From Vicugna vicugna (lineage: Eukaryota), in NCBI GenBank assembly GCA_013265495.1, contig MU058065.1, positions 4,872,976-4,936,975 on the forward strand: DNA of 64,000 nucleotides, in the 5' to 3' direction. The position numbers were made by a program, and so were the translations under genes. A model generated the notes under the pieces. The model worked only from the letters and a program-made list of their open reading frames with translations, did no database searches and had not been told where the DNA came from. Numbering within the stretch: the first letter of the stretch is position 1; each line of letters opens with the position of its first letter. Shown here piece after piece: positions 48,807 through 61,614 of this stretch.

Positions 48807-50404
48807 CGCCCTCACTGGAATTAAAATAGAGCTCCAATTTTAGGAGCAGAGACTTTAGAAGCAGGATCTTGGAGCAAACATCGGAAGGAATTCCTTGACC
48901 AGAGGGAAATTTTTGTAAGGCATTGCTACCTATAAGACTGGCAAGGAAATGGCAGCTAAGTCAACCAATGCAGTTTGGAGAGGGTCACATCCTTGTGTCA
49001 AAGTAATCCCTCCTCTGTGTCTCCTTCTCTGAGAACACACTGAGTGCCTCCCTGTATTCTGAGGTTGTTTCATAGCAACTTATTGATTTGAAAAAACTTA
49101 TGCTGTGATGTAGGAGAAGACAAGTGACATTTCTTTAATTTTCTGACTCCACCCCCGTGTCACAGAGAGGAAATCCATTAAGGCACAAACAATAGTTAGC
49201 TACATTATCCAAAGTTCCCTAACTGCTGAATGTGTCTTCAGGGCCAGCTGGTTAATAGAGCAATTTAGAAGCATGAGGAACAAAATGGGTGACATCCAGC
49301 ACAGATGAGTTGGAAATATGGGGCCATGACAGTAACTTGCACCTTGAGAGACATAAAGGAGCGTGCATGTCATTGCCATACACTCTTTGATCACTAACGC
49401 AGTATGTGATGCTTGGTTTCTACTGATGCTCTCATCTGTTCCCAGATGATATTTGATTAATAAAACCTTCATTTATGAAAGATTGGTTTTTGAGTAGAGT
49501 CATCCTTTCCTAAAAGAGGAAGAAATTATCATTGTACCTGCAGTGAGACTTATTCAACCACGTTCATCAAGTTCTCCTTAGATAAAGCTAGAAATAGGAC
49601 CACAAAAGCCATGTCAAGATGCTCAATGGAAGGGAGACTGCAATCCTGGAATAAGGATGGTGATGAAAGCAAGGAGTGTGAAAGAAAGTGATATTTCTGT
49701 GTCACTGCTCTTCCAAATGCTCTCTTAATACTTGTAACCCTGTTCTGCTTCATTCCAAAGCCCATATCCTTTCTTTGGCACCATGCTATGCATTATTCTT
49801 TCATCCATTCATTTTTCTCATTTAACAATAGAGTGTAAAATGGTCCAGTTTTCACGTAGCATTAAGCACACACACACAGACACATCCACCTGCACATCTT
49901 TTGACTATTATCTTTCTGCTTCATGATGATAACTATTTGTTGAAATGGCATGCGTCAGAGTCACAGTGACTAACTGCATTTGGGGTTACTGCAATGATGA
50001 ATCACCCTCTGGCATGAGCAGGGACCCTTCCTTGGTGGTAGAGTTTGGACAGAGGCTGGGAAATATTGGCCAAGAGAGGACTTTCACTGCTCCCAGACGC
50101 ACATTTGCAAAGAACACAGTAGGTCTCTGCATAGTAGTAGGGCTCCAGTTTGTTCCATGAGTCGCTGACCTTGCTTAGCCCAAAGGACCTTTGACATAAA
50201 CAGCACCCAGGGTTTCCGCTGATAATTTATTCCACCACGTTGGGTCGTACATTATATTGATGCTCATGAGAAAACTGAGTTTGGATACGGATAATCTAAT
50301 TTAGCAGCATCCTGGCAGGGGAGAGAGGAGTCAATTTCTTTCTTTCTTTCTTATTTGCGTACCTTCCCGGGACAGCAATGGGAAATAGCTTTTGTCTTAC
50401 CTGC

Positions 50405-50852
50405 TGCATTAGTTTGTCTGGGCTGCCATGATAAAGTATCACAAACTGGGTGTCTTATACAGCAGCAAATGATTGTCTTGGAGATTTGGAGGCTAGAAAT
50501 CTGCAATCAAGCCGTCAGCAGGCTTGGTTCCTTCTGCGGGCTCTGGGAGAAGATAATGTTCCAGCCTTCTCTCTTCGCTTCCGGTGGTTTGCTGGAACCC
50601 TTCTATATTCCTTGACTTGCAGATTTCTGCTTTCATCATCACATGGCATCCTCTCTATAAAAAGGGAAAATCTAAGTGTATCCAAATTTTTCCCTTTTGA
50701 TAAGGAAACCAGTCCTATTGGATTAAAGCCCACCGTAATGACCTAATTTTACCCGCTTACCTTTATCTCCAAATAAGGTTACATTCTGAGGTCCTGGGCT
50801 TAGGACTTCAACATATGCATCTGGTGGGGGGGGCACAATTCAACCTGTAACA
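50405..50852 (-). mobile_element. MLT1C-like MaLR solo LTR
   Basis: TGCATTAGTTT..CTGGGCTGCCATGATAAAGTATCACAAACTGGGTG...TCTCCAAATAAGGTTACATTCTGAGGTCCTGGG...CACAATTCAACCTGTAACA. Confidence 0.9.
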
Positions 50853-51219
50853 CTTTCCAAGGCTGGCAGATGTGGTAGGCGTGGTCGCCTGGAGCACTGT
50901 GTGTAGATGGACTCCCTGACTATGCCTGGAACAAGCCGACTGGAGGGTGGTGCTGGGTTAGTCTGCCATGAGACACATGGAGTTCTTTCAATGTAAGTGG
51001 CATCAGTGCCTATCTCAGCCCTAGTCAGAAAGAGGAGTGAAAGTATTAACATGGTCAGTTATCAAACCCACAAATTTACTCTTGTCTCTATTTGGAGATG
51101 ACTGTTATTCTCAATATGCAACAAATGTGAGCCTGTATCCTTGATTCCAGGACTGTATGATGGAGACCTAGAACCAGGCTTATGAAGAAAAACAGAAGAC
51201 TGTCTCTTGGTGCTGAGAT

Positions 51220-51400
51220 ATAAGATGAGCTTTTGGAAACAGACACCCCTGTGAATCCTGCCTCTGCTATTTCATAGTTCTATGACTTCTGGAAAATTAT
51301 TTTGCCTCTTGGAGCCTCATTTATAAAAGGAAGGTAACATGAGACAGCTGAATCAATGACACACCTCCCTTGAAGCTCATAGCACGCTAGCTGCTTACAT
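51220..51400 (+). mobile_element. MIR SINE
   Basis: GTGAATCCTGCCTCTGCTATT...TGACTTCTGGAAAATTATTT.GCCTCT.GGAGCCTCA. Confidence 0.65.
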
Positions 51401-53103
51401 GATAACCAATGCTCAGGGATGGTTAAACTGCTCATCTCACCCCACAAAAATGCCCTTGGTCCTAACACTGCAGGTGTTACAGACTTCCCGGATTCTGGAC
51501 ATCACAATGAATTGAAGCTGTTTGCTTCCTTGTGTGTCTCTCCATCCCCTTCTTTAGAAAACACATGCAGGTAACGCTATACATCACCCATCACAGGAGC
51601 TCAAAAAATTACAGATACTAAATCAATAAGCTTGGGGAATATTTGCAATAGTGATGTCGATAACCCTTCAAGTAAGCAAACAAATGATAAGGACAACAGA
51701 GAACGGAGCTCTTGAAAGAGACACAGCTCACAGAATAAGTTGAAGTATAGCTTTTTTTTTTAATGGTCTATTGCAATGGCTCTAGAAGTTGTGTAGAAGC
51801 CCAAGAGGGCAGCAGGGAGTAAAAGAAAAGTCAGCAGAATAAATGATGCACAAAGGAAGAAACCGGCACTGAATAAATGAGCATTGGCTTGATGGAGAGC
51901 AGATCTGACAAAGAACCATGACTCTGCCCGAAGGAATGATCCAAGAGGCTGTTCCAAGTGAGACAAAGGCAACTGCGAGGGAGGAGGGCAGGTCCAGCAA
52001 AGGCAAGCGCTCTCCACAGCTGAGCACACTGATTAGTATTTTCCCCACACATTTCCTTACAATTGGGTAGACACAACCCAGGTCCCTTCTTACAAAAAGT
52101 ACACACACACACAAAATTTTTTTTCAGATATGTTCAGTCTGGGAATATTTCTTTCCTTGTCCGAGATCAGAAGAATAAGTGCTTTGACAGCAAAGGTGAG
52201 CAAGCAGGAAAGCTTCAACACAGCCCCGTGAACCAAGAGAATTTTGGATTGGCAGAGTTCCTACTCGCCAATCCCTCAAGCCCGGGGGGACTTTTTCTTA
52301 ACCAAAACCCTTGGCTAATGCCACTGATTTATGATATATCCCCTCTACTGAACATGGAGAAAAATGTGGTGCTTGGACATCCGATGGGGAAGTTCACGCC
52401 AAAGCCTCTCTTCACCCTTCCCTGATTTCCCTTGCGATTTTCCACAGGTCAGAGTGAGTGACATTCTGTATGTTTAGGGCAGAGGCTTCTACTGAAGGTC
52501 AGGTTTTTAATTTCACACTGTTCAGCCTGACCGCTTCGCGGTGTAAACTTTGACTAACTACAGTGGACATTGTTACTGTTGAAAATATATTGCTCATGGA
52601 AATATAACACAGAAAATGCCCGTGTAAATTTCTCTATAGCTTGAAGTGTTGAAACCGTAGCCCAGTTTATCAAAAACACAGCTGCCTTCCTTGGGGTTTC
52701 GGGAGGCTCGTAACAATTTTTTTCCTTATGAACTTGTGAGAACACCCTGAGGAAAACAGCTGCGTTATTGCAGAGACGCAGAAATCTCAGATGAGTGTGA
52801 AGTATTGTAATTTAAATAAGAGCTCTATTTTCAGGCCTTTTCATTTTAAGATCATTTCATTATTTTATTTTTCCCTAAATAAGTTATCCAGGAAAATAAG
52901 AGAGCAATTACCCCAGGGACCGCCGGCACCAGAGCAGGCAAATTAAGGGTTTTAATTGAGAATATCAAATGTTGTACTACAAGATTAATAGAAATGTGAT
53001 ACCAGTATTTACATATGTGAAATATTTACCATATTCACTTTGTTCTATTTAAATATGAAGCCAAAAGCAAATGGAAAATAACAGATTTTGTTGATTTTCT
53101 GTA

Positions 53104-53437
53104 CAGCAGTCCCCTCTTATCTGCAGGGGATACGTTCCAAGAACCTCGGTGGATGCCTGAAACCAAGGACAGTACCAAATCCCATTTATTCTGTGCTTTT
53201 TTTCCTGTACTAATGGGAGGGGAGCATGTACAGCTTGGATACAGTGTATAAAGGGATGATGGACAGTCCTGGGACTGGATGGCACGTGATTTCATCACAC
53301 AACTCAGAGCAGCACACAATTGCAAGCAGGAATTGCTTATTTCTGGAATTTTCCATTTGATATTTTTGGACCATAGTTGACCACAGGCAACTGACAGCAA
53401 AGAAAGTGAAATCATGAATGGGGAGGGGAGGCAGCTG
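53104..53437 (+). mobile_element. MER44A-like TcMar-Tigger element
   Basis: TA|CAGCAGTCCCCTCTTATCTGCAGGGGATACGTTCCAAGA...TTATTTCTGGAATTTTCCATTT..TATTTTTGGACCA...CTG. Confidence 0.88.
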
Positions 53438-54439
53438 CATTTTTTTCAAATATGGTCTCTATTCCAAGCCACTCAATGCATCCCCCGATCATAAATATTA
53501 GTATTTTACTTGTGCTACTGCTCATAAACCCTACACATTTCATACACAAATATGAACATACCACTGGGCACCAAACAAACCACACAATAAGAAAGGAGCC
53601 TTCTTTTAAGTAAGAAATTTTATCTCCAATTGAGTTGTCTACTGAACATGACTTATTCAGACCAGCCCGAAAAATATAGTTGCTCTAACTACCCATGTCT
53701 AATCAGAGTGCTCTGAAAAAGACATGTATATCTTATGTTGCATGTCTTTTTTTAATTAAAAATTAAAGTGCTAGCACTTATACCTTGAATCTTAATAAGC
53801 TGATTCATTCCCTCCAAATTTTTGTTCAATAAATATTGGGGTATAAAGGAGAGGAGCTCAACTCAAATACTCAATTTTCAAAAAACTTTTAAAAATTTTT
53901 TAAATATATTTTTCATGCAATTAAATATTTATGCACTGATATGGCTGGAGACATTTTGAATCCAGTATCAAAAACTGTTATTAAATCACTCCCTAGTTCA
54001 TCTGCCTCAGTCTTTCTCTCTTTCTCTTGCTTTCAGTTTTTTCTATTTTGGTCTTGGACTTCTTTTTCCCTTGCAGACAAATTCTTCCAAATGTCCATGT
54101 GGAAAAAAGCCACAAGTAAACTCTATATACTTTTTATTGTAAGTGAAGAACACCTGCCTCTTGCATGGCTTCAATATATCAAGTCTCCAGCATCTGACAA
54201 GTCCACAAGTAGCTTTGCTTGGTGCAGATGCCAGCTCTACACAGATCCCCATGTCCAGGGAACTGGGTTATCTTACTCGGCCAGGTGTCCACGTGTATCT
54301 TGGGGCTGGGGGAGGAGTGGGAAGAAAGGATCATGTTCCCCTGAATTATGTAAAATGGTGGAAATAAGGATCCAGAAATAAAAGAAGGAATACTGGAGAG
54401 AAAAAGAAGTGTTTCTACTGTTGATCATTATGATGATAA

Positions 54440-54635
54440 AGATGCAGAGGTGAAAGAAGAGAATTTAAAAAAGAAGAGGAAGAATGCGAGAAAGAAGGAT
54501 GAGAAGAAAGAAGAGGAAGAGGAAGAAGGGAAGGAGGGAGGAGGAAGTAGGGAAGGAGGAAAAAGAGGATGAGGAGGAGGTGAGGGAGGAAGAGGGAGAG
54601 GAAGGGGAGGGGACATAATAAGGAGGAAGAGGAAA
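54440..54635. repeat. GA-rich polypurine low-complexity tract
   Basis: GAA/GAG/GGA runs over about 190 bp. Confidence 0.9.
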
Positions 54636-54994
54636 CATTGATATATTACCAATTTGTCTAATTGACGTTCAGAAGCACATTTCAAAAACTGGCTCTTATC
54701 AATAGGATAAAAAAAGGATATTGTGAAATCTGTTGTGAGTGACTAAGACTCAGTTTACCTGCTGAGGGCATTTTTAGCTCTCCAGGCAGTCGTGGAATAA
54801 GTACTTTACTTCAGAGGGACCAAAAGTTTTTACTCTGATTTATTTGCATTCACTCAAATCCAACTCTTTTAAAACAAATTGGACACGCCAGAGTTTTTGC
54901 TGGAAAAGATTCCATTGTTTAAAATGTAGACACCTCAATTCACCATCATTTTCCTCCCCTCCTCCTCCTCCTCCATCATCATCAGCATCATCAC

Positions 54995-55165
54995 TGCTTC
55001 TAGCGTTTACTGGACACTCAACAGGTGCCAGGCACCATGGTTAGCACCACACCTGCATTATCCCATTTAAAGTCCTGACAGTAATCCTACGTGGTAAATA
55101 GTATTATTCCCCATTTACAGATAAGGAAACTGAGGCTTAGAGAGATTAGGCAAACAATTTCCCAG
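54995..55165 (-). mobile_element. MIR SINE (further piece at about 55590-55720)
   Basis: GTGCCAGGCACCAT...ATTATTCCCCATTTACAGATAAGGAAACTGAGGCTTAGAGAG. Confidence 0.85.
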
Positions 55166-56699
55166 TTTAATGTATCCCAGGTATACGCAACAAAGTCACC
55201 CCCCCAAAAAAAATAACAAAAATTTAACAAGCAAACCAAAAGACCAAACAAACAAGAAACTTCCCAGGGACATTCTTAAAATCTTTAGCTCCAAAACATG
55301 AGAAAGAAATCGCTTCTATCCTTAATCACATCTCTTTCTGATACTGTAGTGACTTCCTTCGCTTCCTGAGCTCCCTTATCCAGATTGCCTTCATTATTCT
55401 GCACTTTCCGTCCCATCATGTACAAGAAGCACTGCCCTGAAAATACAGAGGAAGAAAAACTCTTATATGCCGCCACCCTAAATGCTAGTCAAATGTTTGG
55501 GTAATCTTATGACTTCTGGGAAAACATGGTCCAAAAACAAATGTATATAAAATTTAATAAAAATAGGTAGAATCTGAATTCAAAAGAATCTTATTATTGC
55601 AGATCAGGAATCTGAGACTCAGAGAGATAGAGCAACTTGGCCAAGAATCATACATGTGCTTAGTTGAACTGCCTGACCTACAGGTTTGGCTTCCTGGCTC
55701 CCCATTTTAGGCTCTTTATTTTCATCCTGGAAGTACTCACTCTTACTGAGCTGTGTATTGAGCATCACTGTGTATTTAAAAGAATCATAGTAAAATGAGC
55801 ATCCATGTACTCACCATCTCAGTTAACAAATAGCCCCCAATGTGTTCCTCTTAGATCACCTTGTCCACAGTACTCCCCGGGGATAACCATATTTTGAATT
55901 TTAGGTGATTTGCTTTACCATCTGTATGATTCCCCAAACAATATATTGTTAAGCTCTGACTGCTTTTGGAGAACGAGTTTGTGTATCTACATGTGAGACA
56001 TAGACTGGACATTTCATTTTCCCCCTAGTCAGTGAGAACCCTTAGGAAGTGGCATTCCATATACTTGCCCAATGTTAGCAACAGCTGTCTGGGAAGACAC
56101 ATACACACCAATGTCTTTGGTAAGATCTGACCCCAGCTTTCCCTGCTTCCTTTTCAGTTCTTGTCTGCCATTTCTCAGTCCCAGCTGCTTATGCCCTAGG
56201 CAAGGTGAGACCGCCATGCTCTAAGTTGCTCAGCTTAGAACATCATCTCCCTCACTGCCATCTTTGCGGGCTGTTTGAATCCCAACAATAATGCCCCTGG
56301 GCTTTATGATTGGATAAGGAGTGGCAAATGACCAAGTCAGGGAAGAGGTGGCATTTGTACGGGAGATATCCCTTCACCTTGGCTATAATCTCTCTTGTGA
56401 CACGTATAACTTTTGACTCATCACCAACCCAGCTCTTATCTTCTCTACTAGACTAGATAGCATAAATGGGTCCAAAGTATGGATGCTGTCTGTAAAACCT
56501 GTTGCTAAAGCATATATTTCTGGGAACAGATTGGGTAGTGAGCTCTGTGGGGATGGATTGAGGCTTCAAGGGCTGGCTCAGCATGTGAACTTCTCCCAGG
56601 CCCTGCGGGGTACCCAGTCAAAGTCTCCAGGCCCTGTGAACATGAGATCTGCCTGAGTTCTCAAGAGATCTTTCCATCACTTCTGTAACCATTAGAGTT

Positions 56700-57044
56700 C
56701 CAGCTGAGACCGTGGCTGCCCAGAACAAGGACTACATAGCCCAGCTTCCCTAGCAGAATGTGTGCCATGTGGCCATGTTTGGACCAATGACATGTGAGCA
56801 CAAATGAAGTGTAGGACTTCTGGGCCACAACCTTAAAATCAAGGCATGTGCCCTCCTCTTGCCCTTCACTCCTAATAATTTCTGGAATCTTGGTGTGTGC
56901 CCACCAAGGATGATGAAAATCATGAAGGAAATTGGATTCCAGAGGACTGCATACTATAACAGAATTTTCACATCGGCTCAATTTTTTTTTCTTTACTTTT
57001 CCTTTTTTTTTTTTTTTGCAGGGTTAGGAGGGAAGTAATTAGGT

Positions 57045-57075
<31 letters not shown>

Positions 57076-57280
57076 TTCATTTTAAGTGGAGGTCCTGGGG
57101 ATCGAGCCCCTGACTTCATGCATGCTAAGTTCATACACTCTGTCACTTGAGCTATACCCTCCCGGCCCCTCAGCATCAGCCTGGATTTTAAGAAGAGCAA
57201 TAAATTAATTTTTATCTTACTTAAGTCACTGTTAATTTGGTCTTTCTTACAGTACCCAGTCTTATATCCTAGCTAATACA
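56700..57280 (+). mobile_element. Old MaLR LTR (MLT1G-J-like), interrupted by a SINE
   Basis: GACTACAT.GCCCAGCTTCCCT.GCAG...GCCATGTG...GGACCAATGACATGTGAGCA; 3' end TTAAGTCACTGTTAATTTGG...TCCTAGCTAATACA. Confidence 0.7.
56982..57163 (-). mobile_element. Camelid tRNA-derived SINE (Vic-1-like)
   Basis: Minus strand reads GGGAGGGTATAGCTCAAGTG.CAGAGTG...GCATGCATGAAGTCAGGGGCTCGATCCCCAGGACCTCC, then (AAAT)n, AAACCTAATTAC and an A-tail; A-box and B-box-like motifs present. Confidence 0.85.
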
Positions 57281-58304
57281 GGTCCACAGAGGCTGAGCTA
57301 CACATTACTTTTCCTGAAACAAAAGCCTGTGATTATATGCATGTGGAATCGGGGCTCCTCTTGGGGCCTCCATTCACCACAGTGTCTGTAATGTGACTTT
57401 GTTACTCTGAAGTTTTGAGGAAAGTGGTCTCTTTATCCCCAACCAGTTCCTGAAAGAGTAAATTTTCTCTTCGTTGATATTTGGTACTACATTACAAAAG
57501 CCATTTAAAAAATAAACAGTGACCTTTGTGCTATAATTCCTTTGGTTGGACGCTATTAAGAATTCATTTGTGATTAGAACATATCACTACCAGGGCGGGG
57601 GGTTGGGGGACAGCCGCTAATGAACAGGAAGCTGAATTCACAAACTGTGAAGATTGTATTCGGGTGGATAACCCCAGCTGTGATATTGAGGGTTTAGTTG
57701 GTAATTCCATCTAACTTCTTCAAGATTAAAGTCATTTCAAACTCTCACTCCTTTCCCTCTCTCAAATTGTTTTTCTCAACTTGCACACCTAGTTTAGCAG
57801 CCAGTACTGCCACGACTTCAATCCATTCAGTCTTCCGGTCACATCTGGGAGGGAGCTTGAGGTGCCCATCCTGAGATATATATATATAGAGAAAGAGGAA
57901 AACCCAGATGCTTCTGTGTCAGGTTTCACGGACTCAAAATGAAAAGAATACACTTTCTCTCCTCCCCGTGGCAAAGCTAAAGGAGAGGATGTGACACTGC
58001 TCTTCAAGGAAGCCAAGCAGCCTTTGGACATAAACCAGGAAAGCATCAGATTATGTCCCATGTCCATACCAACAGCTGGCCACACTCAATGTGGATGTGA
58101 TGGGCTACGTCTTCAGTAGGATGGGTGGTATCAAAGAGGAAGGTGGGGTTAACCCAGATCCCTGTAAACCAGCTTTGCCTCTCACATCTATTAAATATTG
58201 AACTTTCATTAAATTAGTCTGGCTGTTACTGTCATCCTCGACCCAAATATTATCCCAAAATTAACAAAGCCTTGAGCAAGTGACCCTATGCTAACAGGGT
58301 GGTG

Positions 58305-58520
58305 ATAATAAAAGCTCGTATTTGTTCCAGTGTACCAAGCAGCTCACATACATCATCTCCACTAATCCTCAGAATGACCCTCTGAGAAGGACGTTATATT
58401 CCCAGTTAACAAGGAGGGACTTGGATAAGAGAGAAGTTAAGTAACTTTAAATAACTTTCCTAGATGCACGCATTTAAGGGTGGCAGAGCTAGAATTGACC
58501 AAGACAATCTGCACTGTCTA
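58305..58520 (-). mobile_element. MIR SINE (another at about 58970-59180)
   Basis: CATCATCTCCACTAATCCTCAG...AGAGAAGTTAAGTAACTT...GGCAGAGCTAGAATTGACC. Confidence 0.7.
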
Positions 58521-59699
58521 GGTCATTCATTTTTACTTCGCCTGTGTTTACAGCGGACTTCTATGCATTGAGCTCTCCACTATGCACATTGCTGTCTTCT
58601 TTCACTGAGCTATATTAGAAATCCTGACTATGCTTTGCCCCCTTTACTGATGAGAAAGCTGAGACAGGGACAAGTTGTGTCATTTTCCCTAGTCAGGAGG
58701 CTGAGTGGGCAGGTTCTGAGCCCCAGGTAAGACCTGGAAGAGAAAGAAGGACATGCATGAAGTATGAGGCATCTGTAGGCGTGGCCCCCAGTGCAGCGAG
58801 GAGCTGCTATTAGCCACTGTTTGCAAGAAACGGAAACACACATGCACCAGAGTGATGTGAATTCCCCAAAGGAAGAGGACAGGGGGATGACGGATGGATG
58901 AGAATACGGTTTCTGGTATTTGGGGACCCAATCACTTTTGATAGGCCATGGTTGCTCTTAGGAGAATGAACTATTACTTGAGCACTTACTGTTTACCAAG
59001 CACTTTGCTTGGTGCTTTTCTCACCCGTGAGGTAGAAATCAGGATCATCCTCATTCTATAGAGGCTTAAAGAGGACCAAGAACCTCACCCAAGTTCTTTC
59101 AACTCCTCATGGCGATGCTGGAGCTGAGAGCCACACCTGTTGGGGCTGGAAAGCCGGCTGACATACTTGTGCTGTACTGTCTTATTACAATGAGAGGAGA
59201 TCTCTTTCCAGGGAATGGCTGGTAACTAGAGCAATGTTACCTCCAGTTATGATGACCTTATTCAAGTTAGCTTTCTGTTGAGTAACTAACATCCCCCCAA
59301 GGTACCCAGCCAATTGTCACAGACCCTGAGCACCTCGAACTCTAGATGAGTTCTCCTGCCTAGATCTCAGCTCACCATCCTGTGTGTGGTGGGGCTGACA
59401 CCGTAATTCTGACCCTGCCTAGATGGACAATGCATTTAACCTTCTGATTTTAGCTCCCGTATTTCCTGAGACAGACTTTTATCTTTCAAAGACAGCATAA
59501 AATGAAGTTTTCAAGTTTATTACTACCAACGTGGGATTCCAAATAGAAACAGTTTAGCAGAATGAAAAAAAGCATAGACTGAAACTTGTCAGGCTGTTCC
59601 AAAAACTGGGAAGTTAAAAAAAAAAGGCCAAGTCTAGCAAAGCCAGTTTCAAAAAATAAAGACGGCAAGTAAGCACACTGTAAGAATTTACCAGATTGC

Positions 59700-61010
59700 A
59701 AACAATGGGATAAACAGAGACCAGAGGCAGAGAAGAGGCCAGGCTCAGGCTCAGGCCCACACATACATGGGGACTTGATAAATGACAGACCTAGTTCTTT
59801 ACATAGTCAAGTTGGTTACTTATAACAAACAAACAAAAAAAAAACGGATACCTATATTTCATGATACACAAAAATAAAATCCAAATTAATGAAAGTCCTA
59901 AATGTAAAAGTAAAGCTTTACAACTTTTTAGAGGAAAACATAAGAGATTATCTTTATGACGTTGAAATATGAAAAAAAAGAATCTTAAGACACCAAGAGC
60001 GCTAAAAGGAAATTAAAATCCGACTACATTTAAGTTAAAAACTTCTATTAACAAAACAAAAAGACAAAGAAAAAACAACCTGGAGAGGTATTTGCAGCCA
60101 CATAAATAACAATTGGTGAAGAGCCAGAGCATGCGAAGAACTCTCACAAATCAAAATGAAAAATAAATCAATCACCAAATGAAAATTTGGGCAGTGTTTA
60201 TGGTTTGGCAAGTCACAGAAGAGGAAGTAAGAATGACCACTAGATATAATAAAATAGGCTTCACTTTACTATGACCAAGGAAATGAAAATTAAAACCATG
60301 GTGAAATACCATTTCATACTCATTAGAATGGCAAAATTAAAAAGTCTGAAAATTCTAAGTACCACAGAAATAATGTGAAAATGGGAAATTTCAAGCACCA
60401 TCAACAGGACTGTAAATTGAAATTGCCATTTGGAGAACAATTTACCTATATCTACTAACATATGGATGCATAGAACCAAGCATCCTGCACGTAAGCATTC
60501 CCTGCTGAGATACATATCCTAGAGAAATGTTTGCAGTGTACTTAAGGACAGCTCTTCCCTACAGCGCTGTGTGTAATCACAGAGAACCGTGAGGAACAAC
60601 AGAAATGACTATGAATAGGAGAACGGATAAAGACATTCTCCTACATTCGCACAGTGGCCACGTACAGAACCGTGGAGAGAAGTGGCTCAAAGTCACTGCA
60701 TCTGCTGGAATTAAGCTTGAAATAAAATATTGAATGAAATGTAAATTGTGGGACACTACACTCCCGTTTTTTAAAATCAAAGATACTCAAAGCAATGTAT
60801 ATACGATTTTTAGGTACGTGTATACATATAAAAATACCGAACCCTGGATGGTAATGCACAAGCTGATGTCAGGACAGTAGTTACGGAATGCATTTGGGAA
60901 GAGTTAAATATGGCTTTAAATCTGTACGTCTCTATTTTATAAAAAGGAGCAAAAATAGAAAATGGTAACATTTCTTAGATCTAAGTGGCTGATGTTGACA
61001 AATTATAAAT
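59700..61010 (+). mobile_element. L1ME-like ORF2 3' part and 3'UTR
   Basis: CTAAATGTAAAA..TAAAG..TTACAACTTTTTAGAGGAAAACATAAGAG, GAAATACCATTTCATACTCATTAGAATGGCAAAATTAAAAAGTCTG, CATTTGGAGAACAATTT. Confidence 0.85.
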
Positions 61011-61082
61011 ATATCTATATCTATATCTATATCTATATCTATATGTATACACACACACACCCATATGTATGCACACACACAT
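61011..61082. repeat. Compound (ATATCT)n / (CA)n microsatellite
   Basis: About 5 ATATCT units followed by CA runs. Confidence 0.9.
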
Positions 61083-61139
61083 TTACATACTTCATATATA
61101 TGTGCATATATGGAATGGAATATATGTGAAATATTCTCT

Positions 61140-61390
61140 GGATATGCTTTTGGGTCAGCAGGTCCTGGGTAGGTATGTTGGCTCTACCACCTTCTAGCTG
61201 TACATCCAAAGCCAGTTATTTCACCAGAATAGCCTCAATTCCTTCTTCTTTAATAATATACAGTTCAAAAGGTTGTCCTAAAGAAGATTAAATCAACATG
61301 TATATACATAGCATAAAATATATACAGCATATGAGCATTAACATAATACTTGGCACAGAGTAGATATCAATAAGTCACTACTATTTTTAT
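61140..61390 (+). mobile_element. MIR SINE
   Basis: GGCTCTACCACCTTCTAGCTGT...GCCTCAATTCCTTC...TTGGCACAGAGTAGATATCAATAAGT. Confidence 0.7.
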
Positions 61391-61614
61391 TTCTTCAACA
61401 GACATCTACACCTTGTGTACTGCCAAGCTGGTGAAAATAAATTATCTGGAGTCAAATGATAACATTTTTTCCATAGCTTTATCAAATATGATAACATGCA
61501 ATAAATAGAATTGAATGGTGCTCTTTTGACAATTTATAGGTATGATTTCAAAGTGGCCTGAAGTGGTTCTCATCTGGAAATCCCTTTTAAAAAAAAAAAG
61601 TATTCTAGAGAAGG

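Noticed and set aside
53941..54685. 146-aa ORF and Pro/Ser-rich ORF
   Set aside because: They overlap a probable decayed LTR and the polypurine tract.
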